Notes under the pieces: model-generated
The model's input: the letters and a program-made list of their open reading frames with translations, nothing else
Databases searched by the model: none
What the model was told of the DNA's origin: nothing
Virus record (IMG/VR): IMGVR_UViG_3300031857_000018
Span: 105,329 to 169,328 of that record
DNA: 64,000 nt
Strand: one strand, 5' to 3'
Source of the DNA: a virus
Shown: piece by piece, positions 28,055 to 38,144 of the stretch
How the letters are laid out: every line of letters starts with the position of its first letter
Numbering within the stretch: the stretch's first letter is position 1
Program-made: the position numbers and the translations under genes

Positions 28055-28801
28055 TTACAACTCCTGTCGTATTGCTAATTTAGGTAAATATGATTTCCAA
28101 GTTGCCAACACCTTTTGCATTTCTGCATCAGTGATAGCACCACTTTCCACAAAGCCTTGCAAGAATGTTGTTACTGCTTCGCGGAATGGTGTACGAGTCT
28201 TTTTTGCTTTAAGATATAGTCCATGTATCATTGCCGGAATTTCTTTTGGCAACATGAAGTATTTGAATGGTGGCACTTGTCCAGCCTCAATCTTCTTTCG
28301 CAGTGGCATATCCGATGCAATGTATTTGCCATCAATAGTATTCCATCCTGATTGAGTGATATGTTCGATTTCATGTCGTAGCACATCTCGCAATTGCATT
28401 GCAACCTCACTTAAAACCTTAGGATACTCTGCAGGATCAATTTCGAATCGTACTTCAATTAATGGTGGTTCATCAGAATCTCGTTTAGTGCTATTATAAG
28501 CATCGCCTCCATAATTAAAATTATTTAGGCCATCGATCCATTGCACTTTAAGTGAAAGATAAAACTCTAATGGAATAGTTTCGTTTGAAACCTCTTCAAA
28601 ATATATCTCTTCAAGCTCATCACTAGTAATCTGTGGTGCAGTGGCTGCATCTGTAAAATATATCTTCTTGCCAGCAAACTCACCATTAGGATCCTTAGTT
28701 GATGCAAAACTATCTTTAACAACTGATAACAATGTACGCGATAAACTAGTAACTAACGCGTCATAGCGTCCTTCTGTAATAAGTGTTTTCATTGATATCA
28801 T
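28055..28801 (-). CDS. putative virion protein with an HExxH motif
   Basis: N-terminal MISMKTLITE; LRHEIEHITQ; class-II promoter at 28806-28814. Confidence 0.7.
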   Translation of the reverse strand: MISMKTLITEGRYDALVTSLSRTLLSVVKDSFASTKDPNGEFAGKKIYFTDAATAPQITSDELEEIYFEEVSNETIPLEFYLSLKVQWIDGLNNFNYGGDAYNSTKRDSDEPPLIEVRFEIDPAEYPKVLSEVAMQLRDVLRHEIEHITQSGWNTIDGKYIASDMPLRKKIEAGQVPPFKYFMLPKEIPAMIHGLYLKAKKTRTPFREAVTTFLQGFVESGAITDAEMQKVLATWKSYLPKLAIRQEL

Positions 28802-28812
28802 ATTAATAAATA

Positions 28813-29370
28813 TCAGCCTAATAAATTATAGTTCCAGAATGTTTCTTTGTCTTTGTTGAATGGATTACCGGTTTGTTGATAGTAACAGTTCAAGCAAAGC
28901 ATCTGCAAATTTTCTATGCGATGATTGGTTTCATCCCCATCCATATGATCTAATAACAACGGCACTGTGTCGTCTGTTACCCTGCGTTCAGCATATCCAC
29001 AACATGCACATTGCTCCGGCATAATGTTCAAGGCGAAGAGTCTGTTGCGAAGTTTCCAACCCGGATAATTTGGATAATGTCCTTCTAGTATTTTATCAAT
29101 TGAATATATACCTGCTGTGGCTCGTTGTGAGTCTTTGGTAATGCCTAAGCCGGCTTGGTTGGTATGCAGATCATAAAGTGTCTTACCTGTTTCCCGATCC
29201 ACATACATTTTTGCATATTTCTTCCAGGTAGTGAAAGACACTTTGAGAAAGCGTGCCGCTTCTGCATTTGATTTGGTGTTGGACATAGCATAACGAATAT
29301 CTGACTCTGGCAGGTTAAAAGATTCCCTGCCTCGTCCATATACATATTTATACTGCTTGTCCATAATCAA
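28813..29370 (-). CDS. HNH-family nuclease-like protein with an N-terminal HTH
   Basis: CxxCG...LDHMDGD..N..IENLQMLCLNC. Confidence 0.8.
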   Translation of the reverse strand: MIMDKQYKYVYGRGRESFNLPESDIRYAMSNTKSNAEAARFLKVSFTTWKKYAKMYVDRETGKTLYDLHTNQAGLGITKDSQRATAGIYSIDKILEGHYPNYPGWKLRNRLFALNIMPEQCACCGYAERRVTDDTVPLLLDHMDGDETNHRIENLQMLCLNCYYQQTGNPFNKDKETFWNYNLLG

Positions 29371-29753
29371 TAAACACCCTTTTTACGAAGCTCTAATACC
29401 GCGGTTTTAGGCAGTGTCTTGCGTTCCCACATTTCACGCATCTCAGGCTTTAAGTTTCTGGTAAAGTCGAGGAACGTGGCCGGATATACCCCACTACGAC
29501 GCTTTACTTCATCATACCAAGTAGAATAGGTTGAATACAATTCATCAAAGCGTTCTGCATCTGACATTGTATCTTGATGTTCGAGTTGATCCTTAAGTGG
29601 CCACAAATCAATTGGCACATTTGGATCTTTGCGACGTGCTGGTAGGCGTGGTTGATTCTTTTCTCGATTTATATTTCGTGTGATGAATTTATCCATCATA
29701 TTAATACTACGATCTTTCGGGGACATCCCGGAGTGTGCAGATTTTTTACCCAT
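29367..29753 (-). CDS. hypothetical protein
   Basis: 128-aa ORF. Confidence 0.75.
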   Translation of the reverse strand: MGKKSAHSGMSPKDRSINMMDKFITRNINREKNQPRLPARRKDPNVPIDLWPLKDQLEHQDTMSDAERFDELYSTYSTWYDEVKRRSGVYPATFLDFTRNLKPEMREMWERKTLPKTAVLELRKKGVY

Positions 29754-29757
29754 AACC

Positions 29758-29934
29758 TTATTTCATTTTTTCTGTTAATACAACTATTCGTCTCCAAACA
29801 TCTTCTGCTTGGTATATATACTTTTTGAACTCAACTACATTTTGTATAGTTCGTGCCTGATCTGCTTTGCGCAGGATTCGATGATATCGGGCGTGTAAAA
29901 ACCCAATGCGAATTTTTCTTATCCAATTAATCAT
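29758..29934 (-). CDS. small hypothetical protein (58 aa, MINWIRKIR...)
   Basis: Read by hand; ATGA overlap with the clpS stop. Confidence 0.55.
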   Translation of the reverse strand: MINWIRKIRIGFLHARYHRILRKADQARTIQNVVEFKKYIYQAEDVWRRIVVLTEKMK

Positions 29935-30194
29935 TTTGATTGTTTTATAACTGTTACGTTTAACCCTTGATCTCGCAAGTCATCACATATATCAAGACAT
30001 AAATCATATGCATCTACAAATACCGAACATTGCTTGTTGTTATGTGTAATTGTAGCACACTGAACTGCTTGATAATAATTGTGGCCGCAGATTTCAATTA
30101 GGCAATCGACTACATGCTCGACTGTATTTACGGCATCATCCATCAATACTACTTGATACTGGCCCCGTCTCTTTGTTAATTTTTTCTGTGACAT
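29931..30194 (-). CDS. clpS: ClpS-like N-degron adaptor
   Basis: YQVVLMDDAVNTVEHVVDCL..IC.H...QA.QCA...H pattern of Bacteroidota-type ClpS. Confidence 0.75.
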   Translation of the reverse strand: MSQKKLTKRRGQYQVVLMDDAVNTVEHVVDCLIEICGHNYYQAVQCATITHNNKQCSVFVDAYDLCLDICDDLRDQGLNVTVIKQSK

Positions 30195-30369
30195 CTCTGA
30201 TGATTGCTGCTTGTTCCCAAAACTCATTTTCTTTTGCATAATTTAAAGAATCGTTTAAAAATCTTAGTTTCCGATCCATGTTCCATTGGCCTGGCCATTC
30301 CCACTTGTTTGTGGACATGACGTTAATAGATTTAATGAATACTGTGTCTATAAAATTCTTTGTTTCCAT
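30136..30369 (-). CDS. small protein with a UvrB/C (UVR) coiled-coil motif
   Basis: L..A..NE.WEQAAIIRD. Confidence 0.6.
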   Translation of the reverse strand: METKNFIDTVFIKSINVMSTNKWEWPGQWNMDRKLRFLNDSLNYAKENEFWEQAAIIRDVTEKINKETGPVSSSIDG

Positions 30370-30420
30370 ACTATATTATATGAAATTATTTTGTGGTATC
30401 CAAATTGATAACTAATCAGA

Positions 30421-30747
30421 TTATTTGCTGTTCCGAATGATCAACTCACCTAAAACTTCTAATCGACCTACTTCTCGTTGAAACTCGATTTGAGTCATGG
30501 AAGTAGATATTTTCTTGTAGGTAGCATCATATTCTTTTTTTGCGGCTTCTAAATCAAATTTACCTTCTGCAGCCCGTTTGTAGTATGGCAGTTTTACTTT
30601 GAAATGGTGCCATGTTAGTAGAGCTAACCCGCCTTTCTTTTTTGCATTGTCAGAAATCTTTTCTGCACCAGACTCGCGGGTGTCAGCAAATGATTCAAAA
30701 GTATCTGGTTTGTCTTTTGCTTCAAAAAGTAAATTACGTAGTTTCAT
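30421..30747 (-). CDS. putative internal head protein
   Basis: N-terminal MKLRNLLFE; class-II promoter immediately upstream. Confidence 0.65.
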   Translation of the reverse strand: MKLRNLLFEAKDKPDTFESFADTRESGAEKISDNAKKKGGLALLTWHHFKVKLPYYKRAAEGKFDLEAAKKEYDATYKKISTSMTQIEFQREVGRLEVLGELIIRNSK

Positions 30748-30759
30748 ATTAATAAATAT

Positions 30760-31398
30760 TTACTTGTTTGGTTTCTCCGGTTTGAATTCAGTTATATATG
30801 AATAATCTGTTTCATATCCAGATTTACCTTCAACTGAATAAACTGTCATATCAATTTTATATCCTGGATTTTTGTCAATTCGTTTATACGTCCAAGCAGT
30901 ATCGATCCATATGATGCGGTTGTTAGGATATATAAAGTAGTTGCCATTATCCATTTTGAATACATGTCCACATTTGTGTTCTGGAGTTTCAGAGAAGTTT
31001 GTGTCTAACACGTTTCGATTTTCATGTGACCAATCCAGAGTGAATAAATATACACCCTGGCGTTTTACACCTGTTATGGAAATTAAATCTGCTCGTAACC
31101 CGGATAATCGCTCTCGTACTTGCACATCAATGTATGATGAAAAACAGTCCCAATAAACATGTTCTGTTAGTGGTAATCGTTCTGCATCTTTTCGCCATGC
31201 AAATGCATTAATGGGCCTTCTAGTCCAATTGACTCCATTTTCTAAGAATGCCTCAAATAATGGAGTTCTTTTTTGAATAGATGCAACACTGTGCACATCT
31301 GCGGCTGTGAATTCACCATGACCTTTTTCATGGTTAAATAAAAACTCATTTCGTATATAACATGTTAGAGTTGGAACATTTGCGTTTAAATACGCCAT
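30760..31398 (-). CDS. hypothetical phage protein (MAYLNANVP...)
   Basis: 212-aa ORF. Confidence 0.8.
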   Translation of the reverse strand: MAYLNANVPTLTCYIRNEFLFNHEKGHGEFTAADVHSVASIQKRTPLFEAFLENGVNWTRRPINAFAWRKDAERLPLTEHVYWDCFSSYIDVQVRERLSGLRADLISITGVKRQGVYLFTLDWSHENRNVLDTNFSETPEHKCGHVFKMDNGNYFIYPNNRIIWIDTAWTYKRIDKNPGYKIDMTVYSVEGKSGYETDYSYITEFKPEKPNK

Positions 31399-31403
31399 AT
31401 AAC

Positions 31404-31883
31404 TTATTTTTTATGTTTAAAATATTGAACTTCCCGTTCATGTTCCTCCGCGGCTGATTTAGAATCAAATGTTCCTAAGTTTTTACCTGCGTGGCTGTAT
31501 AAGCGATATCCGGATTTTACTTTGCGAATAATCTCACGAATAAAGTTTTTCATTTCAGCTTGATTGTTAAGCGTAACTGGTACGAATTGTGGTTGCTGTG
31601 AATTGTATGCATCATCATTGCTATGTTGCATTCCCTTAGGACTTGTTTGCAACGAATTCATGATGAATCCACCAACTTCTTCTACATCGTCTTTGGATGT
31701 TGCAATATGATCTACTGCCCACCCATGTCCATTAGAAAGAATTCGATCTACCTGAGCCGGATCCATTTGCAACAATGCATCTACCGATTTTTTGATAGTC
31801 TTTAAGTTTTCAAAAAACATGTAATTGCTAGTGTTGGTATAATCCATTTCAGAGTTACAACCACATTCGTTCAGTCGTTTCAT
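31404..31883 (-). CDS. putative virion protein
   Basis: Likely start MKRLNE; C-terminal GYRLYS..GKNLGTF...A..HEREVQYFKH. Confidence 0.7.
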   Translation of the reverse strand: MKRLNECGCNSEMDYTNTSNYMFFENLKTIKKSVDALLQMDPAQVDRILSNGHGWAVDHIATSKDDVEEVGGFIMNSLQTSPKGMQHSNDDAYNSQQPQFVPVTLNNQAEMKNFIREIIRKVKSGYRLYSHAGKNLGTFDSKSAAEEHEREVQYFKHKK

Positions 31884-31884
31884 G

Positions 31885-32055
31885 TTATGCCTTTTTAGCA
31901 ACGATAGACCAAATTGCACCCGTAAGTGTCATTGCTCCACCAACAATCTCAGTTACTACAGTTTCGTCAACTAAACCTTTCATCACGAAGATACCTCCGA
32001 CAAAAGTTAATGCGTGACGAACAATTCCTAGAATTTGTTCTTTTGTAAGTTTCAT
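31885..32055 (-). CDS. small two-TM holin-like protein (56 aa)
   Basis: Read by hand: MKLTKEQILGIVRHALTFVGG...GAIWSIVAKKA. Confidence 0.65.
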   Translation of the reverse strand: MKLTKEQILGIVRHALTFVGGIFVMKGLVDETVVTEIVGGAMTLTGAIWSIVAKKA

Positions 32056-32079
32056 ATTGTTCCTTTATTATAAATATCA

Positions 32080-32679
32080 TTATGATTTCTTTAGCTGCAA
32101 TACAACGTTAATACCATATACTGCAGACGTAGTTGCACTTTCTCGAAGTTGAATATTAATTAAATCACCGAGTAATACATCTATTGCCGAATTGCTTACA
32201 GCTTTATCGACAAATGAGGTAAGATCTAAACCAGCAGCAACTTGACCTACAACAGTACCATTTTTTGCTATACTAACTTTGACATCTGCAGCGCCTTGAG
32301 TCGTAGTATATGATGTAGCGCTACCCGACACAATAACACCAGTAAATGGTGCAAATATTCCTATTCGGTTAGCAGTTGGATATGGCGCTGTTGGAACGCC
32401 TCCTATATAGTTAATGCTACCAGAAGTAGTATTTGTTTTCATTGAATGAAAAAATGTAAGAGTCATATACTCTGCAGCCCCAGCTGCATTCACTGCATAT
32501 GATGCAGTTGTTGCAAATGATGCTGTGCCTAACAATGTCCCGGTAAATGATCCTGTAAATGATCCGCTAGCTATAACGGTATCAGTGCTACCTCCACTTA
32601 ATGCATCAATCGATCTAGTTACATGTGCTGCTTGTATAGTACCACCGTCGGTAATACCTGTTTTATTTATTATCGCCAT
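32080..32679 (-). CDS. structural/tail-fibre-like protein
   Basis: SGSFTGSFTG..GTASFATTASYA repeats; beta-rich C-terminus. Confidence 0.7.
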   Translation of the reverse strand: MAIINKTGITDGGTIQAAHVTRSIDALSGGSTDTVIASGSFTGSFTGTLLGTASFATTASYAVNAAGAAEYMTLTFFHSMKTNTTSGSINYIGGVPTAPYPTANRIGIFAPFTGVIVSGSATSYTTTQGAADVKVSIAKNGTVVGQVAAGLDLTSFVDKAVSNSAIDVLLGDLINIQLRESATTSAVYGINVVLQLKKS

Positions 32680-32869
32680 TGTCTATGTTCCTTTTTTTAT
32701 ATATCGGCCAATTTTTTGTTTGTTCGTTTAACCAGGCCTGTCGATCATCACACCCACAATCTTCATCTAGTATCTGTGCAATTCGTTTTGCTAGCTGATC
32801 TAATCCTGTTGCAACAGTTATTTTTTTAATATCGTCGCCTAAGCCTTTACTTTGCATCAATTCCTCCAT
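32663..32869 (-). CDS. small phage protein
   Basis: SKGLGD...DCGCDDRQ..LN. Confidence 0.7.
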   Translation of the reverse strand: MEELMQSKGLGDDIKKITVATGLDQLAKRIAQILDEDCGCDDRQAWLNEQTKNWPIYKKRNIDNGDNK

Positions 32870-34205
32870 TGTTCATTGAGTTTCTAAGTTGCATGATCAT
32901 TGTTTGATACTGAGCCGTTTGTGGTATTTCAAACACAGTTCGTCCTGGAAACTGATAATCATGTTCTGGATGCATCATTAGCATATGACCCGTTTCATCA
33001 ATTCCTAACACAGGATGTGCTACTTCACGCATTGTGATCGCCCCGGTTGGAGTTGGTATCATGGTGCAGAAGCCTGGATGTTTCCATTGTCCTTCTGGAT
33101 CAATTACTCCGCCTGTTTTTCGTATAACATTGGCCCAACCTTTAAGGTCTAATGGTCGTTTGCGCGTAACATGCAAAACCAATGATTCTGTTATTTCTTT
33201 TTCATCGTCTGATTTTAGGAAGGCAGATGGCATAATATGTTTATCCATTTTGAGTGCCTTTGCTAGTATTGCTACTAAACTACCACCTGGCATAATTGCT
33301 ACTGTAGTTAGTCCTAACAGTTTCACCACATCTTTCATTTGGTTACGAACCCATGCCCATTCTTCCGAAGTTAGTTTCTCACCGTTAATATGACGAAGCA
33401 GCATCACCATGGCTTGTTTGGTTTCATCTTTCTCAGTACGCATTGCCGAAATAAAGTGTTTTACTTTATCCTTTGCTTTGTTAACTGTGTCAGCCATATT
33501 GATTTCATTTAAAGAACTTTCTAACGCAAGTTGACCCATTGTAATCTTTTTTTCAAGGTTCTTTAAACGTTCGATATATCCTTTATTACGTAGATGTTTG
33601 AATGCCATGTTTTCCACCGAATACTCGCCTTCTGCTTCTAAACCAGTTTGGCGAAGATGCTGGAGTCGTTGTGTGATGTTTTTAATTTTTTGTTCTATGT
33701 GTGGATCCGTCTCTTTGAGTGAATCAATATCGTATTCGTATGGTTCTGCTTTTTGTTGAATGGCTCCATCATCTACAGTAACAGTGTCGGAGGCTGGTTT
33801 GCGTATCCATTTATCACGTAGCACGGAATATATTCCTACTGATGAATGCAAGTCCTCATTTGAATCTTGGGCATACAACTCAATGTTCATGCCTTTATAT
33901 GTTAAAGGGTGTGTAGTGTTCCATATGCTTTTCTTTGCATGCATATAATTTTTAACTATGTGTAGATTGTCTCCAATTTCTAAATAGTTAATAACAACAT
34001 GCAAATCAATATCACTATGTTCCGTCCAATTGTAATTAGCACTACTACCGATGATTATAACATCATGGATATCACAACGTACTTCTAAGAAATTGTAAAA
34101 TGCTTTTGCAATTTTCATGAACCCAACACGAAGCTTGGGATGAAGTTTGTCTCCATCCCAAAGCTTTGGATTAAGTGTGCTATGTGTTTGATATTCGGTT
34201 ATCAT
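32847..34205 (-). CDS. multidomain nucleotidyltransferase-like protein
   Basis: GSSANYNW...SDIDLH pol-beta NTase motif, followed by additional C-terminal domains. Confidence 0.8.
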   Translation of the reverse strand: MITEYQTHSTLNPKLWDGDKLHPKLRVGFMKIAKAFYNFLEVRCDIHDVIIIGSSANYNWTEHSDIDLHVVINYLEIGDNLHIVKNYMHAKKSIWNTTHPLTYKGMNIELYAQDSNEDLHSSVGIYSVLRDKWIRKPASDTVTVDDGAIQQKAEPYEYDIDSLKETDPHIEQKIKNITQRLQHLRQTGLEAEGEYSVENMAFKHLRNKGYIERLKNLEKKITMGQLALESSLNEINMADTVNKAKDKVKHFISAMRTEKDETKQAMVMLLRHINGEKLTSEEWAWVRNQMKDVVKLLGLTTVAIMPGGSLVAILAKALKMDKHIMPSAFLKSDDEKEITESLVLHVTRKRPLDLKGWANVIRKTGGVIDPEGQWKHPGFCTMIPTPTGAITMREVAHPVLGIDETGHMLMMHPEHDYQFPGRTVFEIPQTAQYQTMIMQLRNSMNNGGIDAK

Positions 34206-34207
34206 TG

Positions 34208-36721
34208 TTATTTCGTATTAGTAGCAGTCGGTGTAGCAAACTTAACTTTTTCAACATTACCTTTTTCATCTCGTGTTACAAAATCATAATCGCCTGGATC
34301 AGATTTATATACTGGTAATGTTTTTGATGCTATTTTATCCGTTCCTTCTACGGCGCCTTTTATTACTGGTTTAACATATGAGTTATACATGTTTCGTACC
34401 GCATTAAATGATCCAAATGCCCATGCTAATAATGATACAATGAATCCTTGTCGCTGGTCTCGGTTTTCGGTATACACGCCAGTTTTTTCTAGTAAATCTT
34501 GAAATTCATTGTAAATTACATCTAATGCTTTTGGTCTAGCAAACAATCGTTTTATAACATACAACATCATCTCAATTGCTTTAAAGAGCCAACTCAGCCA
34601 CGCACCGCCATTCGTACTTAGCCATTTCATTGGTGATTCAAACAGTGGATCTAAAATCCCGGAAGATCTCCAATCATACTTGAATGTTCCAAGTACGCGG
34701 CCGGCATCATATGTACGGTGAATTGCGTTTGGTAACAGTGCACAGAATCTAGCCCAAAACGTTTTTGTATATTCGACAAAAATTAAATTACCTGTATTAA
34801 TTGTTTCTTTAATAAATTGGTTGGTCCAAAGTCGTTGTGCTTCTTTACCTACTACGCTACCGCCTACTGTTTTTGTAGCCATGAACAATGGAACGATTAT
34901 TTTCTTGTAAATTTCATCACCTTTACCAGAGTTGATAGTTTTTGCAATTGCACCCCAAATCTCAGCATCGATATTTTTAGTAGTAGTATTCAATAAATCT
35001 GCAGGTAGTCCCAATGTTCGAAGCATGTTTATATTTACAGCACCGCCTGGTAATCTAAATGCTGCCGTTTTAATCCATGTTGTTATAGAATCTCTGTTTT
35101 TATTTAAAATATTAAACAATATCGTTCTACCGCCAGGCGTATTTAACACTGATGCTAAGAATACATCCGGACGTTTTCTACATAAAACCGTAAATGAGTT
35201 TACCATGTTCGAGGCTACCGAATCCCATACTTTTTTTGGAAGCATTGCAACAACATTTCCCCATACTTTTCCTAACATGGTTGGGGCAGTGTTTTTGAAG
35301 AATTTAGATGTAGCAAGTAAAATTTCTTTTTTATTTTTTTTGCTATATGTTTTAACCGCAGTAGCTAAAAATACTTCATCCGCACCTTCTTCTGCAATTT
35401 TTAATAATCGTTCTGATTTAGCTGCGTTAATAAGAGCCCAGTTTTGGAATGCATCGCCATACCGTAATACCAACTGTTCTCCAATTCTCGATAACGCAGC
35501 ATTTGTTGCCCGAAAACCTTTTACAAAATTTAATAATAATTGTTTTAAGTTTTTTATTTTAGCTAGTTTGCTAAACTTTTTAATAAATTCTTTTACATTT
35601 TTACGTTGGCGTGCATTTGTTCTCCACATTTCTAGGAATGCTTCTTCTGATTTCATTGCTGCTTGTATCGCTTCTGGTCCAACTTTACCACCAAATTTTA
35701 CCGCTGCTATAAGTCGTTTACTACCTAACTTAATGATACTACCAGCAAATGGAATAACCGCAATCATTGATAAGCATCCTTCTAATTTGCGGCCGCGAAT
35801 GAAATAAGCAATTCCATTAAGTAAATCAATTATATCACCATATCCTGGAATTAATCCTGCCCAATCCAATATAGACTGTATGGTATCTTTTACTTGTTCT
35901 AATGGTTTATCGGATATATCTTCAAATCCACGTGCTGAACGCTTATATAAATTTGGATCTTTAAGTCCATGTCCTGCTATTAAAAAGAATCTTTTAATCC
36001 ACCCGGATTCCTTATACACATCAAATTCACCAGATTTTACATCATCGGTTAAGTTAAATATTAAATTTTTACCTTTTTTATAAATGTATCCGAATACTTG
36101 TCCGCCTGGATTACTTATTTGAATTTTATTTCCAGTTAGCTTCCATTTGAATTTAGTACTAGTACTTAAATCTGGTCGCATATAAACATATCCGTCAGAT
36201 TGGAAATGAAACAATGTTCCTGATTTTAAATCTGCGGCATACACCGGGACTTGCCAGTTATACGAGTTTACCGCAGCATTCGTTAAACGTCCTGCATTGT
36301 TTGGAGATAATTTATCTGTACGGAATACTTGGGTTTTAAACAATTGCTCTGCTGGGGCTAAATTCTCTGGCCATGGTTTTAACTTTTTACTCGCAATTAT
36401 CTTATCCATTTCTTTTTCGTTTTTCGTTAAGAATGAATTAGGCCCCATTTGTGTAGGGAATACTCGTAAATTTGGATCTGGCTTTAACGGATCAAATGTT
36501 GTTTTTTGTGTTACAAGTTTTGTTAGTGAATCTTCTTCCCGGGCAGTTAATAATTGTTCACTTAAAACTGCATCTTTTTGAAAAGCTTCGCGGAGCACTG
36601 CTTCTATAGTTAACTCATTCTGAAGAGCTGATGTATTAGTGTCTGTCGGTGTAGGTTTGATATCACGAAGTATCGCTTCTCGCAATACAACATCTAACGT
36701 AATGTTTGTAGATTGATTCAT
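34208..36721 (-). CDS. large putative virion protein with a pre-toxin TG-like segment
   Basis: LDWAGLIPGYGDIIDLLNG..Y...G...G.LS...IPFAG; repeated LREA sites near the N-terminus. Confidence 0.75.
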   Translation of the reverse strand: MNQSTNITLDVVLREAILRDIKPTPTDTNTSALQNELTIEAVLREAFQKDAVLSEQLLTAREEDSLTKLVTQKTTFDPLKPDPNLRVFPTQMGPNSFLTKNEKEMDKIIASKKLKPWPENLAPAEQLFKTQVFRTDKLSPNNAGRLTNAAVNSYNWQVPVYAADLKSGTLFHFQSDGYVYMRPDLSTSTKFKWKLTGNKIQISNPGGQVFGYIYKKGKNLIFNLTDDVKSGEFDVYKESGWIKRFFLIAGHGLKDPNLYKRSARGFEDISDKPLEQVKDTIQSILDWAGLIPGYGDIIDLLNGIAYFIRGRKLEGCLSMIAVIPFAGSIIKLGSKRLIAAVKFGGKVGPEAIQAAMKSEEAFLEMWRTNARQRKNVKEFIKKFSKLAKIKNLKQLLLNFVKGFRATNAALSRIGEQLVLRYGDAFQNWALINAAKSERLLKIAEEGADEVFLATAVKTYSKKNKKEILLATSKFFKNTAPTMLGKVWGNVVAMLPKKVWDSVASNMVNSFTVLCRKRPDVFLASVLNTPGGRTILFNILNKNRDSITTWIKTAAFRLPGGAVNINMLRTLGLPADLLNTTTKNIDAEIWGAIAKTINSGKGDEIYKKIIVPLFMATKTVGGSVVGKEAQRLWTNQFIKETINTGNLIFVEYTKTFWARFCALLPNAIHRTYDAGRVLGTFKYDWRSSGILDPLFESPMKWLSTNGGAWLSWLFKAIEMMLYVIKRLFARPKALDVIYNEFQDLLEKTGVYTENRDQRQGFIVSLLAWAFGSFNAVRNMYNSYVKPVIKGAVEGTDKIASKTLPVYKSDPGDYDFVTRDEKGNVEKVKFATPTATNTK

Positions 36722-36751
36722 ATTATAATTTCCTATTTATTATAAATATCA

Positions 36752-37099
36752 TCATTTCCAAAAGAGCTGTATTAAAATCAATGCAAATGCTAATCCGAGA
36801 GACACTGCTGTTTTTAAATTGATGGCTTCATCCCGGAATACCCAGGTCATGATGGCAAACATAGTAATACCAGTAACAAATGAAACAAATCGACCCGGCC
36901 AAAATGCACCGTCAAACCCGGTAACTGCAAATCGTGTTGCTTCCATAAACAACCAAGTGATTGGAACACCCATTAGCATAAGTGCCCATCGGTATGTTTT
37001 AGCCCATGGCCATATTAATGGTCCATTTGTTTGTATCCAAACGAAGCTTTGTCCTACTAAAAAAATTAATATGGAAAATATAATGTATTTATAGTTCAT
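36752..37099 (-). CDS. small four-TM (SMR/DMT-like) membrane protein
   Basis: Four hydrophobic helices; start MNYKYII. Confidence 0.65.
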   Translation of the reverse strand: MNYKYIIFSILIFLVGQSFVWIQTNGPLIWPWAKTYRWALMLMGVPITWLFMEATRFAVTGFDGAFWPGRFVSFVTGITMFAIMTWVFRDEAINLKTAVSLGLAFALILIQLFWK

Positions 37100-37137
37100 A
37101 TCATATAATATGAAATTTACTACAGAATTCAAAGTAA

Positions 37138-37710
37138 TTATTTATTAGAGTCAGATGCGTATTTAACACCCATGATAGTGCCGATGATACTAAAAGCATT
37201 TGTTAGCAATATACCAAACATATTACTCCACGTGCTACCAATGATCTGAGTATCTTTATTAACAAACAATGCAACCATATATATAACGGTAGTTGTGACA
37301 CCTACTCCGATTATGATAATAAGTGATATACGAACAATTAGATTGATTAACTCGAACTGAGTTCGTTTTTGTATCATGTCTAAACTGTCCATGGCGGCAT
37401 CGCGGGCTGTTTCAGCATCACATTTGGATTGTTCTGCATCCGTTGCTGCTTGTTGAAGTTCTATCATCAACTGTTGATTTTGTTCGTTTGATTCAACTAG
37501 TTGTTTGTTTTGATCTTGTATTTGTTTGGTTATTTCTAATCGTTTTCGTCGATTTTCTTTATCGCGGGTTGTGCATGTTTTTATATATGCATCAAACTCA
37601 ATATCATCGGTTGAATCAATTAACTTTAGAATGTTGCCTTCTAGAGCTATATTTTTACGGGCATATAACTCAATTAATTTTTGTTTAGTATTATCATCTA
37701 ATACTATCAT
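37138..37710 (-). CDS. coiled-coil protein with two C-terminal TM helices
   Basis: Heptad region plus two TMs; ATGA-coupled to the receiver gene. Confidence 0.8.
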   Translation of the reverse strand: MIVLDDNTKQKLIELYARKNIALEGNILKLIDSTDDIEFDAYIKTCTTRDKENRRKRLEITKQIQDQNKQLVESNEQNQQLMIELQQAATDAEQSKCDAETARDAAMDSLDMIQKRTQFELINLIVRISLIIIIGVGVTTTVIYMVALFVNKDTQIIGSTWSNMFGILLTNAFSIIGTIMGVKYASDSNK

Positions 37711-38144
37711 CGATACACTTTAAATGGGGCAGTGCGTGCTTTATACCCGTCATAGTCTGCGCGGAATTGTTCTAAACGAGGTTCGATATCATCTGACTTA
37801 ATTATCCAAAACTGTGCGCCGGCTTGAATTGCCTTTGCTTGTTCTTCTGGTTCATTTGATGATGAGATGATTCCAATAACCACGTTATTACCATACTCAA
37901 AATTAATTTTTCTGATAAGTTCGATACCATCAAACGAACTACCAATAATATTCAAGTCAACAAATACACATTCGGGTTTATCGTTAGCATCGCCACTTTG
38001 AAACCATTTTTGAAACAGTTTTGCTGCTTCGTCGGAACTATTTAATGAGTTTAAAGACAAACTTATATCGAGCAATGAACATGCATCTTCAAATACTAAG
38101 TGGAATAAATCTTCATCATCTACCAATAAAATTGAATCAATCAT
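37707..38144 (-). CDS. single-domain response regulator (receiver only)
   Basis: LLVDDE, VFVDLNI phospho-Asp, ISSS, IIKS. Confidence 0.9.
   Translation of the reverse strand: MIDSILLVDDEDLFHLVFEDACSLLDISLSLNSLNSSDEAAKLFQKWFQSGDANDKPECVFVDLNIIGSSFDGIELIRKINFEYGNNVVIGIISSSNEPEEQAKAIQAGAQFWIIKSDDIEPRLEQFRADYDGYKARTAPFKVYR

Noticed and set aside
28813-29370. Mobile homing endonuclease insertion
   Set aside because: HNH-like motifs are present, but the gene is coupled within an operon and shows no intron or insertion scars.
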